Positions 1-9,448 are shown, counted from the first letter of the stretch. The stretch: 64,000 bases of DNA from a bacterium (GCA_030603885.1 JAUVWW010000001.1:2680-66679); one strand, 5' to 3'. Translations and numbers: made by a program. Notes: generated by a model not told the origin, from the letters alone.

Positions 1-1092
1 AAACAGAAATCAGCCAAGCCCAAAGCTTGGTTTTTAGATTTTCATCCGTTTAGAGGAATAACAACCATGGAGAAGATTCTTTTAACTAGAAACCTAGCTG
101 TCATGGTTAAAGCGGGAGTTTCTCTTTCTGAAGCAATTGATATTTTAGCTCAAGATACTAAAAATTCTATTCTTAAAGAGGTGTTATCTAAAACTAAATT
201 AGATCTAGATCAGGGTTTACCTTTGTCCCATGCTTTTGCATCCTATCCTAGATTTTTTTCTAAGGTGTTTTTGGGCTTTATTAAAACAGGAGAAGCTGGA
301 GGAACCCTAGATCGTTCGTTCATGTATCTGTCTAGGCAACTTAAAAAGGAATATAATTTGACCTCCAAGATTAAAGGAGCTCTAACCTATCCTGTAATAT
401 TACTTATTACGGCTTTGGCTGTAGTTATTTTTATTGTCAGTTTTGTTTTACCTAAACTAGCCTCAGTGTTTTTTAGAACTGGGGTGGAGATTCCTTGGTT
501 TACTAGGATAATTCTTAAGGTAAGTGCTATTTTAGGTGCTCATCCTCTCTTAAGCATTGTCTATTTAGGCATACTGGCAGCTTTGGTGACTTACTTTATT
601 CGAACAAGGAAAGGTAGGAATACCTTAAGAGTTATTGCTTCAAAAGTTCCAAGAATAGCTGATCTTCTTAAGAAAATTGACATTATGAGATTTTCTCGAA
701 CTTTTAGTTGGCTCCTAAAAAGCGGCATGCCTATTTTGGAAGCTTTGGATATTGCATCAAGTTCTGTAGAAAGCGTTGCTTACAAGAAAGCTATTTTAGG
801 TTTTAAAGAAAAGATAAAAAAGGGCATGACTTTGAGTATTGTCTTAGGAGACGAGCCTAAACTTTTTCCTGGGCTCATAGTCAGTATAATAAGGGTAGGA
901 GAGAAGACTGGCACTCATGAGCAAGCCCTTCTTCAGGTAGCTAAATTTTATGAAGAGGAAACAAGCGTCGTCTTAGAGAATCTACTAACCTTGATTGAGC
1001 CTATTCTTTTGATGTTGATGGGACTTTTTGTCGCTGGGATAGCTCTTTCTATTGTGGTACCTATTTATCAGCTAGTCACAATCATTGGGTAA
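1..1092 (+). CDS. pilC: Type IV pilus platform protein PilC / T2SS F family (5' probably truncated by window)
   Basis: Two GspF-type repeats (GEAGGTLD, GEKTG), ALTYP and LIEP motifs with TM segments; frame is open from base 1, so the start is probably upstream of ATG 67. Confidence 0.92.
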   Translation, partial: KQKSAKPKAWFLDFHPFRGITTMEKILLTRNLAVMVKAGVSLSEAIDILAQDTKNSILKEVLSKTKLDLDQGLPLSHAFASYPRFFSKVFLGFIKTGEAGGTLDRSFMYLSRQLKKEYNLTSKIKGALTYPVILLITALAVVIFIVSFVLPKLASVFFRTGVEIPWFTRIILKVSAILGAHPLLSIVYLGILAALVTYFIRTRKGRNTLRVIASKVPRIADLLKKIDIMRFSRTFSWLLKSGMPILEALDIASSSVESVAYKKAILGFKEKIKKGMTLSIVLGDEPKLFPGLIVSIIRVGEKTGTHEQALLQVAKFYEEETSVVLENLLTLIEPILLMLMGLFVAGIALSIVVPIYQLVTIIG

Positions 1093-1140
1093 AATCATCT
1101 AAACATATAATACATAACATGTAACATATAATGCTGTTCC

Positions 1141-1617
1141 ATGAATTCAAAAGGTTTTACTCTCATTGAAACCCTCATTGTCATAACCATCATTGGTATT
1201 CTGGCTGTGGTTGGTTTTATTTCTTATACTTCTTTTCAACGTTCAATTGAGATAGAATCTGTGGCAAGGCAGACAGTAGATACTTTAAGAGAAGCTCAAA
1301 GCAAAACTATGGCTGGAGAGGAGCTATCTCAGTGGGGAGTCCATTTTGAAACAGATAAGTTTGTTTTGTTTTATGGATCAAGCTACGATCCTAACGAATT
1401 AAAGAATCAGGTAAATGGATTGTCTTCCGCGGTCAAGATAAGTAATATTACTTTGAGTGGGGGAGGGAGTGATGTTGTTTTTGATAAGCTAGAAGGAACT
1501 ACTTCAAACTTTGGTACAGGAGCTAATGATGCAGCTTTGCGAGTAGAATTGGCGACTCAATCTTCTACTTATAAAACAATCACTATTACCCAAGTAGGAA
1601 AGATAAATATAGAATAA
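1141..1617 (+). CDS. Type IV pilin-like protein (FimT/GspH-like)
   Basis: Class III signal KG|FTLIE followed by a hydrophobic helix. Confidence 0.88.
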   Translation: MNSKGFTLIETLIVITIIGILAVVGFISYTSFQRSIEIESVARQTVDTLREAQSKTMAGEELSQWGVHFETDKFVLFYGSSYDPNELKNQVNGLSSAVKISNITLSGGGSDVVFDKLEGTTSNFGTGANDAALRVELATQSSTYKTITITQVGKINIE

Positions 1618-1653
1618 GGAAACGCTTTTTGCTTTTAGTTTTTATTTTTTACA

Positions 1654-3576
1654 ATGCCTAAACGCTTAAATGTTAAAACAAAGAAAGGGCAAATAACTAT
1701 AGAATTACTTATAGCCTTGATTGTGGGAGGCTTAATTTTGCTTACCGCAGGCCAGCTTATTTTTGTTTCTTTGCAATCGAGCAGAGCAGGCGATAAACAG
1801 AACATTGCTTTAGGTTTAGCTCAGGAAGGTCAAGCAGCAGTTCGAGCCATAAAAGATGAGGATTGGAATAATATTTATAACTTGACCAAAGGTAGTTCTT
1901 ATCATCCAACACACAACGGAGGAGGTTGGAGCTTATCTGCTGGCACAGACGAGCCGATTTCTGGATATACTCGTTCTATAGTAATAGATAATGTCCAGAG
2001 AGACGAGTCTGGAAACATAGTTGAGTCTGGAGGTACTGATGATCCCTCTACTCAGAAAGTGGCAGTAACTGTGACTGCCAATGATATGAGAGATATAGTC
2101 TTAGTTGAATATATCACCTTTTGGAGAAATGAGATCTGGACTCAGACTGATTGGTCAGGAGGGGATGGACAGACTATTTGGTTAGACGATACCAAATATG
2201 ATAGCGATGATAATAATGTAGAGGTCAATGATCCACCCGGTGATCTTAAATTGGCTCCTGGTGGAACTTGGGCTAATGCTTGTATTAGATCAGAAACTAA
2301 ATTTCCTTCAGCTGGGCTCTCTAATGATGTCTTTGTTGTTGGTAACTATGCTTATTTAACAGTGAATGTCAATGTGGCTGGACTGCAGATCTTTGATGTT
2401 TCTGATTCGCAAAATCCATTCCATGTAGGTAGTAAAAATCTGGGCAATTTTGGAACAGGTGTAGAAGTTTCAGGAAATTATGCCTTTTTAAGCGTTAACC
2501 AATATGACGAAGGATTCCAGGTGTTGGATGTCTCCGATCCTTATCATCCAGAAGTAAAAGCAAGAGTAGATATCGGCAGTAGAGGAAATGATATCTATGT
2601 TTCTGGGAATTATGCCTATTTAGCTGTAGATAGTACTACCAAAGGATTTCAAATTTGGAATGTTTCTAATCCTGAAAGTCCGATTTTAGAATCAGAAGTC
2701 GATTTAGATGGCTTTTCTGCAAATGGAGTTTTTGTCTTGGGTAGTTATGCTTATGTGGCTTGTAGTAAAGCAAATGAAGGACTAAAGATTTATGATGTTT
2801 CTAATCCTTCGAGTCCTGAGCTGAAATCCACTACTGATCTTGGAAAGTCTGCCAATTATGCCTTTGTGGCTGGGGATTATGCCTTTTTAGCTATAGACTC
2901 ACAAAGCGAAGGTTTAAAGATTTATGACTTCTTTATTCCTGAAAGTCCTGTACTTAAATACACTATTGGTGTTGATGGAAAGGGCAATGATACCTTTGTT
3001 GATGAACATTATCTGTTTGTAGCCATTGATAATAATCCTTACGGAGTAAAGATATTTGATATTTCTGGTCTGCCCGACTCGCCACCTGAAGAATTAGCCA
3101 CGGTTGATATTGGAGCTGCTGCCACAGGAGTTCATGTTCACAATAATATTCTTTATATCTCTTCTAAAGAGCCAACCAAATCATTTAAGATTGTCACTCA
3201 AGGTGGATGTGAGGAGGGGGAGCCAAATTATAAACTTTCTGGTTATCTAATTTCTTCTGCTTTTAACTCTGGATCTTTTAGTAGATTTAACTCCATTTCT
3301 TGGTTAGAGACTATACCTACTGAAGCAGAAAATATTAAATTCCAGATAAAAACTGCTTCTGATGTGGGAGGCTCACCAAGTGAGTGGTCTTTAACTTGGT
3401 CTGGACCAGAAGGAGAAGACGGTGATGAGACAGATTATTTTGAGGCAGCCTCAGGTGAGACCATTCATTTAGATCATTGGGGGGATCAGTGGATAAAATA
3501 TAAAGTTATTCTGACTGGTAATGGAAACAATACACCAATACTCCACGAGGTAGCTATTAATTTTACTATTTATTAA
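1654..3576 (+). CDS. Large minor pilin with LVIVD-repeat beta-propeller domain
   Basis: KG|QITIE prepilin-like start; about six V.VSGNYAY...GLQI.DVS.P repeats. Confidence 0.8.
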   Translation: MPKRLNVKTKKGQITIELLIALIVGGLILLTAGQLIFVSLQSSRAGDKQNIALGLAQEGQAAVRAIKDEDWNNIYNLTKGSSYHPTHNGGGWSLSAGTDEPISGYTRSIVIDNVQRDESGNIVESGGTDDPSTQKVAVTVTANDMRDIVLVEYITFWRNEIWTQTDWSGGDGQTIWLDDTKYDSDDNNVEVNDPPGDLKLAPGGTWANACIRSETKFPSAGLSNDVFVVGNYAYLTVNVNVAGLQIFDVSDSQNPFHVGSKNLGNFGTGVEVSGNYAFLSVNQYDEGFQVLDVSDPYHPEVKARVDIGSRGNDIYVSGNYAYLAVDSTTKGFQIWNVSNPESPILESEVDLDGFSANGVFVLGSYAYVACSKANEGLKIYDVSNPSSPELKSTTDLGKSANYAFVAGDYAFLAIDSQSEGLKIYDFFIPESPVLKYTIGVDGKGNDTFVDEHYLFVAIDNNPYGVKIFDISGLPDSPPEELATVDIGAAATGVHVHNNILYISSKEPTKSFKIVTQGGCEEGEPNYKLSGYLISSAFNSGSFSRFNSISWLETIPTEAENIKFQIKTASDVGGSPSEWSLTWSGPEGEDGDETDYFEAASGETIHLDHWGDQWIKYKVILTGNGNNTPILHEVAINFTIY

Positions 3577-4086
3577 ATGAAAAAATTAACTAAGACAAAG
3601 GGTTTTACCCTCATTGAGCTCCTCATTTATATTGCTATTCTCGTCTTTGTTTTAGTCCTTGTCTCTGGAATGATAGTAATCACTTTGCATACCCGGGATC
3701 GTATAAAAGTTACCACAGAAGTTCAGCAGAATTTGATATTCTCCATCGAGAAAATAGCTTATGCTACGAGAAAAGCTTTAGATGTAAATTTACCAGATGA
3801 TAATTCTTCTGGTTCTACTTTAAGTCTAGCCATGGCAGATGCGGATGTTAATCCTACGGTCTTTAGTGTCTCGGATGGGGTTCTCCAAATAAAAGAAGGA
3901 ACGAGTGATGTTCAAGATCTAACTACAGACAAAGTTACAGTTTCATCTATCATCTTTTATCAAGTCAACAACACAGGGGCAAAACCAACAGTTCAGATTA
4001 GCTTAGCCATTGACTACAATGCCGGAGGAAATCCTTATCTTCAAGCCTCGTCCTCCAGGCAGACAACAATATCATTGAGACAATGA
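3577..4086 (+). CDS. Minor pilin (PilW/GspJ-like)
   Basis: KG|FTLIELL N-methylation motif. Confidence 0.85.
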   Translation: MKKLTKTKGFTLIELLIYIAILVFVLVLVSGMIVITLHTRDRIKVTTEVQQNLIFSIEKIAYATRKALDVNLPDDNSSGSTLSLAMADADVNPTVFSVSDGVLQIKEGTSDVQDLTTDKVTVSSIIFYQVNNTGAKPTVQISLAIDYNAGGNPYLQASSSRQTTISLRQ

Positions 4087-4517
4087 AAAGTTACAAGTTA
4101 CAAGTTACAAATTACAAATTACAGTGGGGTATCGCTGCTCTTCCTGCTATTTTAGCTATCTCAGCAATAATCTTAATTATTGGTCTGGCTATTGCTTTTT
4201 CTGGAAGAGTGGAAAGTAGTATTTCAGCCAGTCACAGAGATTCTGGTATGGCTTTTCATGTTGCTGAAGCAGGAATTCATGACGCTGAAATAAAAATTGT
4301 AAGAAACCCAGATTTTGAAGACCTGGTAGGCTATACATTGACTGTTGGTGATGGAACTACTACAATAACGGTGGATAAAGACGTACCCTCTTCAGGAAAA
4401 ACTACTATTATATCCCAAGGAGAAGTTAAAAACATAAAACGCAAGATAAGAGTAATTGTAGATGTAGATCCTCAAGGGAAGGTGACTTTGTATTCTTGGG
4501 AAGAAATGACTGATTAG
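4083..4517 (+). CDS. Minor pilin (PilX/GspK-like)
   Basis: G|IAAL hydrophobic helix without Glu+5, AFHVAEAGI motif typical of PilX N-termini. Confidence 0.75.
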   Translation: MKSYKLQVTNYKLQWGIAALPAILAISAIILIIGLAIAFSGRVESSISASHRDSGMAFHVAEAGIHDAEIKIVRNPDFEDLVGYTLTVGDGTTTITVDKDVPSSGKTTIISQGEVKNIKRKIRVIVDVDPQGKVTLYSWEEMTD

Positions 4518-4579
4518 CTTATCGCCTATCGCACATCGCTTATCGCAGTTCGATTAGTGATAAGCAATTAGCCATAAGT
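4517..4579. repeat. Mirrored heptamer array
   Basis: GCTTATC GCCTATC GCACATC GCTTATC GCAGTTC then GATTAGT GATAAGC AATTAGC CATAAGT. Confidence 0.8.
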
Positions 4580-4586
4580 AAGTATT

Positions 4587-6083
4587 ATGAGAGTATTCGA
4601 TCTACTAATTCCAAAAGAACGAATATTTGGTCTTGAAATCCAAGAAAGCAGGCTTAGAGCAGTACTTTTGCATTCTGTAAGACAGAAGGTAGTTTTGATC
4701 TCTTCAGGCGAAATAAGACTAAAAAAAGACACTATCATTAAGGGGAAAGTAAAAGATAAAAAAGCATTGATTTTAGCTTTAAGAAAATTGTTTAGGGCAG
4801 CAAAACCCTCTATAAAAACCCCTTATTGTATAGTCTCTCTTCCAGAATCTCTAGTCTTTACTCAAACTTTCCAGTTTCCACCTCTACCCCAAGAACAAAT
4901 CACACAGGCTATTAAATCTGACGTTTCTTTATTTCCCTATCCGCTAGATAAAGCTTACATGGATTGGCAAGAGGTAAAAGCACCAAATATTGAGGGTAAA
5001 ATAGAGTTGCTCATAGCCCAAGGCCCAAAAAATAAAATCGATCCTTATCTTGAAGCCCTAGATGAAGCTGGGTTAATACCCATAGCTTTTGAAATGCCTT
5101 CTATTAGTCTTTCTCGTATCGTGGACAAACCTCAAAAAGGAGCTTCTCTAGGTATTTATTTAACCCAAGATGGCATTGTTAGTTTGGTTTTTAAAGAAGG
5201 TGATCTGAGATTTGGTCGTTTTTTGAGCTTTAAAGAAGAAATACCTAAGGTAGAAAAAATAGATATCCAATCAGATGAGGTTAGAAAAACTTTAGTAAAT
5301 GAAATTAGAAGAGTTATCACTTTTTATCAATCCCAAAGGAAAGTCAAGGTCTCTTTCTCTTCTATTTTTATTTGTGGAGAGAAAGGCAAAATTTCTAAAC
5401 TAGCCAAGTATGTAACTGGTCAGCTTCAGATAAAAACATCTCAGGCCCAAGCTTTTATTAATATTAAAAAAATAGATTTTATTAAAGAGGATTCCTCTTG
5501 GCTGCCAGTCGTAGGATGTGCTCTTAGAGGTCTTGTTTCTCGCAAAGAGGATAATTTTATTAGTCTTTTGCCCGTAGGTACTGAAGAGGCTTACGAGACT
5601 AAGAAAAGGGTAGCCTTTGCTTCACTTTGGGGCAATATTATTACCACTCTGACAGTGGTTTTGGTAATCATCTTTGTTAGTATGTGGTTTTTACTTCATT
5701 ATCTCGTTCAGACTACAGACGAACAGTTGAATTTGCGTGCTCAAATTCCTATCCCTGAAGAAACATCAAGGCTAGAGACAGAGGCTTTAGAATTTAATGA
5801 AAGAATAGAGATAATGAAGGAAATACAAAAAGATATTTTACCTTTCTCGCCTATATTGGCTGAGATTAAAAATCTTATTCCAGAGGGTATAACTTTGAAT
5901 GGCCTTAATATTTTCTCTAAAGAGGCCGAGGTGATACTTCAAGGTAAGGCAGACACAAGAAAGCATCTTATTGCTTTAAAAGATAATCTTGAATCTTCTT
6001 TATTGTTTAAGAGTATAAACATGCCTCTGGCTAGCATAGAAAAGAAAGAAAACATTGAATTCAACATTTCTTTTAGTTTTTAA
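4587..6083 (+). CDS. PilM-PilN fusion (pilus alignment complex)
   Basis: N-terminal FGLEI actin-like PilM domain, then ISLLP, one TM helix, coiled coil and a PilN-like IPEGITL...LQGKA domain. Confidence 0.75.
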   Translation: MRVFDLLIPKERIFGLEIQESRLRAVLLHSVRQKVVLISSGEIRLKKDTIIKGKVKDKKALILALRKLFRAAKPSIKTPYCIVSLPESLVFTQTFQFPPLPQEQITQAIKSDVSLFPYPLDKAYMDWQEVKAPNIEGKIELLIAQGPKNKIDPYLEALDEAGLIPIAFEMPSISLSRIVDKPQKGASLGIYLTQDGIVSLVFKEGDLRFGRFLSFKEEIPKVEKIDIQSDEVRKTLVNEIRRVITFYQSQRKVKVSFSSIFICGEKGKISKLAKYVTGQLQIKTSQAQAFINIKKIDFIKEDSSWLPVVGCALRGLVSRKEDNFISLLPVGTEEAYETKKRVAFASLWGNIITTLTVVLVIIFVSMWFLLHYLVQTTDEQLNLRAQIPIPEETSRLETEALEFNERIEIMKEIQKDILPFSPILAEIKNLIPEGITLNGLNIFSKEAEVILQGKADTRKHLIALKDNLESSLLFKSINMPLASIEKKENIEFNISFSF

Positions 6084-6087
6084 AAAG

Positions 6088-6660
6088 ATGCCTCACACAA
6101 CAGGTGAAATAAAGGTTTTAGAATTTGAAAAAGGTCGAGGTCGAAAGAAAATAATAAGGACAGTTATAGGGACTGTGGCTGTGCTTATTTTAGGAATAGT
6201 AGCTATTTCTTTTACAGCAAGACAGATTGTTTTAGCCTCAAAAACTTTGCAGGAAAAAAGAAGCCTACTTTATGTCTGGGAAAAGAGAGATGAGACCTTA
6301 ACTTCTTTAAAAGAAGACTTTAAAAAGATAGAAGAAGATCTTCCCCAGGTTAAAAAAGCCCTACCTAAAGAAGAAGAAATAATAGATTTTATAGCTGCTT
6401 TAGAAAATGTGGCATTAAGTGCAGGAATTGAGCAGACCATCCATTTCGAACCAAAAACAAAAGATAAAGCTGGAGCTTATCCTATTATTGTTTGCAAAGT
6501 CGATCTTGGAGGAAATTTAGATTCAACCATTAGATATCTATCTGAGGTGGAAGGCTTGGTTTATTTTGTTAAATTTAATAATTTAGATATGATAGGAGAA
6601 GAAAATATACAGAAAAGCTCTGAGGCAAAACTTCTGTCAGAGATTTATATTAAAGAATAG
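6088..6660 (+). CDS. PilO-like protein
   Basis: TM helix, coiled coil, ALPKEEE motif; follows PilMN; ATG 6088 preferred over TTG 6055. Confidence 0.7.
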   Translation: MPHTTGEIKVLEFEKGRGRKKIIRTVIGTVAVLILGIVAISFTARQIVLASKTLQEKRSLLYVWEKRDETLTSLKEDFKKIEEDLPQVKKALPKEEEIIDFIAALENVALSAGIEQTIHFEPKTKDKAGAYPIIVCKVDLGGNLDSTIRYLSEVEGLVYFVKFNNLDMIGEENIQKSSEAKLLSEIYIKE

Positions 6661-6671
6661 CAAAGAAAACC

Positions 6672-6884
6672 ATGAGAATTCTTGGCTCTAAATATACTTA
6701 TACTATTATTAGTAGTCTGCTGATACTGATTTTAGTGATCATTTTAGTTATCTCAACAAGATTCTTATATCAGGCCACACAAAGTGCTTTTCAGATAGAT
6801 CCTAGTTTGATTGAAGCTAAGACAATTAAGTTTGATTTAGAAGGATATGAGCAAGTTTTACCAAAAATAAAATCTACTAATTAA
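6672..6884 (+). CDS. Small single-TM protein of pilus operon
   Basis: 70 aa, N-terminal TM helix, position after pilO. Confidence 0.6.
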   Translation: MRILGSKYTYTIISSLLILILVIILVISTRFLYQATQSAFQIDPSLIEAKTIKFDLEGYEQVLPKIKSTN

Positions 6885-6925
6885 GAGGGATATTAGGGGA
6901 ATCCTTAATATCCCTTAATAATTTC

Positions 6926-7087
6926 ATGGGAGAATTTATCCAAGAGGAAGCAAAAAAAAACAAGTTCCGGATTGGAAGGAAAATAGCTGGTTCCCTGGCT
7001 GGATTTATAGCTGGTTTTATTGCTGGGGCCATAGCAGCATCTCTCATTACCTATCTGGTAGTGATGAGATATTGCGTATTGGGATAG
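6926..7087 (+). CDS. Small membrane protein, 53 aa (not in ORF track)
   Basis: Manual translation MGEFIQEEAKKNKFRIGRKIAGSLAGFIAGFIAGAIAASLITYLVVMRYCVLG; glycine-zipper TM helix. Confidence 0.6.
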   Translation: MGEFIQEEAKKNKFRIGRKIAGSLAGFIAGFIAGAIAASLITYLVVMRYCVLG

Positions 7088-7141
7088 AAGTTATTAGACG
7101 CAAGGTAGATTCCATTGATAAATAAGGAAGTCTATTTGGCG

Positions 7142-7170
7142 TTGTAAATATTTATTTAGTATGCTATAAT
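7142..7170 (+). promoter_or_regulatory. Sigma70 promoter
   Basis: TTGTAA-17 nt-TATAAT with TG extension. Confidence 0.7.
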
Positions 7171-7266
7171 AAATAAGAAGAAAGCCTTTAATAAAGTCCG
7201 TAAATAATTTTCTGCTTCGAGTTAGTCGGAATAGAAAGGAATTTAAAGAGTCTACGGACAAAAATC

Positions 7267-8592
7267 ATGTCTAAACAGAAATACAAAAGAGCACTAATTT
7301 TTGCTCTTATCATCAGTATGGCTCTATTTTTGGGCTTGCCATCCAAAACCCAAGCTCTCTTTGATATGTGGGACACTTATTTTTTCAGAAATGACATTGT
7401 CATTCAGGGAGCCATCTATCCTGTAGGACCTATTATCCATGGAGTTCCTGGTGGAATGCCAATAGTTGTTGGAGACCATTTTGAAGTACATGGAGAAATT
7501 TCTCGTCCTTTTGGGCCAGTCATAATTAATGATAGCCTCCTAGTAAAAGATTGGTCTGTCTTTGAAGGAGATATCGATTTTAAAGAAGGGATAACAGTTG
7601 ATTTTACTAGGGTTAATGTTTTGGGACTGGCTCAAGGAGGTCTAGATACTAGTGCTAATTATGTTTGGACAGGAACCCATACCTTTAATCAACCTATTGC
7701 TGTCTCGGGTGTAGCTGGTGGTACTTGGCAGGGTAATGCTATTGCTGAAGCCTACGGAGGTACCGACCAGACAACGTATACCACAGGGGATCTACTTTAT
7801 GCCTCAGGGGTTAATACCTTAGCCAAATTAGGGATTGGCTTGGCAGGAGAAGTGTTACAGGTCTCTGGAGGTGTACCTACTTGGCAAACAATTGGTACAG
7901 TGCCTGCTCCAGGAACTCAGGGTGCAATCCTCTATGATAATGGTTCAAATTGGGTAGCTTTAGGCCCAGGAACCTCAGGTCAATTTCTTCAAACCCAAGG
8001 AGCTGGAGCTAATCCTGTTTGGGCAACCGCCGGAGGTGCAGGAGATATTACAGCGGTAGGTGATGTGGCCTCAGGAGATGCATTTACAGAAACTGCTGGT
8101 AATGACGGTAATTCCTTATGGTTTGAAGGATCAACCGCGGATGCCAATGAGATTAAATTAACCGCTCAAGATCCAGGAGCAGATTATACTATTACATTAC
8201 CAGCGCAATCGGGTACTGTTGCCTTAACTTCTGATATAACTGACTATCACTATTTAGGGGGAGGGGATACTAATTTTTCCTCTTGGGTAACTATTAATAG
8301 GACAGTTTATAATGCTGACGATTTTCCAAATAGGACCTTCTCCTATGCCGTAGTTTATACGTCGGCCAGTGCAGGTCTTGTTGCAGATGTAAGATTGTAT
8401 GATTTCACTAATAGTTCAGTAATTTCAGGATCTACTATTTCTGGTATGACAGGATCTGGACCAACCAAGTATAGCTCTGGAAGCCTTACCATGCCTAGTG
8501 GAGAGATAATAATGGAATTGCAGCTGCAACGAGCTGGTTCAGGTTCAGCAAAATCCTTTATACAAGGTGCGAGGATAAGGGCTGTTAGATAA
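7267..8592 (+). CDS. Secreted Gly/Thr-rich fibre/adhesin-like protein
   Basis: Signal peptide; two tail-fibre-like repeats (GDLLYASG...GEVLQVSGGVPTW; GAILYDNG...GQFLQTQGAGANPVW). Confidence 0.6.
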   Translation: MSKQKYKRALIFALIISMALFLGLPSKTQALFDMWDTYFFRNDIVIQGAIYPVGPIIHGVPGGMPIVVGDHFEVHGEISRPFGPVIINDSLLVKDWSVFEGDIDFKEGITVDFTRVNVLGLAQGGLDTSANYVWTGTHTFNQPIAVSGVAGGTWQGNAIAEAYGGTDQTTYTTGDLLYASGVNTLAKLGIGLAGEVLQVSGGVPTWQTIGTVPAPGTQGAILYDNGSNWVALGPGTSGQFLQTQGAGANPVWATAGGAGDITAVGDVASGDAFTETAGNDGNSLWFEGSTADANEIKLTAQDPGADYTITLPAQSGTVALTSDITDYHYLGGGDTNFSSWVTINRTVYNADDFPNRTFSYAVVYTSASAGLVADVRLYDFTNSSVISGSTISGMTGSGPTKYSSGSLTMPSGEIIMELQLQRAGSGSAKSFIQGARIRAVR

Positions 8593-8687
8593 TCAGGGTT
8601 AGACAGTTAGATTAATAAGTGAGAGATTAAATTAGGAGTGGTGGAGCAACATTTGAGATTTTTATAACTGTTTATCGTTTAAAAGGC

Positions 8688-8715
8688 TTGACAGCCTTTT
8701 TTATTTTGCTAAAAT
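8688..8715 (+). promoter_or_regulatory. Sigma70 promoter of hrcA operon
   Basis: TTGACA-16 nt-TAAAAT with TG extension. Confidence 0.75.
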
Positions 8716-8719
8716 AAGA

Positions 8720-8746
8720 TTAGCACTCTCAAAGTCGGAGTGCTAA
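8720..8746. promoter_or_regulatory. CIRCE operator (HrcA site)
   Basis: Exact TTAGCACTC-N9-GAGTGCTAA directly upstream of hrcA. Confidence 0.97.
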
Positions 8747-8761
8747 TCTTAAACCATTATC

Positions 8762-9448
8762 ATGAATACTCGAAAAAAGGCTATTTTAAAGGCAATAATT
8801 AAAGAGTATGTGGATACTGCTGAGCCAGTAGGGTCTTCTATTCTGGTTAAAAAGTATAATTTTGGTATATCTCCAGCTACTATAAGAAATGAGATGGCAG
8901 AATTAGAAAAAAGAGGATATCTAGGCCATCTTTATACATCCTCAGGAAGGGTACCTACAGATAAAGGCTATAGATATTTTGTGGATGAATTAATAGAGAA
9001 AGAGGTTTTAGGTTTAAGAGAAAAGACAAGAATAGAAAGACTTCTAAATCTCAAGGTCGATCAGCTAGTTAGACAAACCACCAAAGTTTTAGCCTCCTTA
9101 GCTCATAATTTAGCCATCCTCGATTTAGAAGACGAATTTTGGGAAGTAGGCTTTGAAGAACTTTTTGCTCAGCCGGAGTTCGAAGATATAGGAGAAATCA
9201 AATGTATTTCCAAAATTTTAGACAACCTAGAGGATGATTTTGAAAAACTATTTCAAGAGACAAAAGGAGAACTGAATATTTATATAGGAGAAGAAAACCC
9301 CTTAAGAGGAATGGAAAATTGTAGTATAATAATAACCAAGTTGAGAAAAGGAAAGTTAGGAATTTTAGGTCCCAAAAGAATGAGATACGCTCGGAATAAG
9401 TCATTGCTAGATTTTACCAGTAAGTTGTTGGATAAAGTAATTAAGTAA
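8762..9448 (+). CDS. hrcA: Heat-inducible repressor HrcA (short form)
   Basis: EPVGS, SPATIRNEM, SSGRVPTDKGYR and GPKRMRY motifs; CIRCE upstream. Confidence 0.95.
   Translation: MNTRKKAILKAIIKEYVDTAEPVGSSILVKKYNFGISPATIRNEMAELEKRGYLGHLYTSSGRVPTDKGYRYFVDELIEKEVLGLREKTRIERLLNLKVDQLVRQTTKVLASLAHNLAILDLEDEFWEVGFEELFAQPEFEDIGEIKCISKILDNLEDDFEKLFQETKGELNIYIGEENPLRGMENCSIIITKLRKGKLGILGPKRMRYARNKSLLDFTSKLLDKVIK

Noticed and set aside
6886-6916. Hairpin AGGGATATTA / TAATATCCCT as a terminator
   Set aside because: The inverted repeat is real but has no T tail, so its function cannot be assigned
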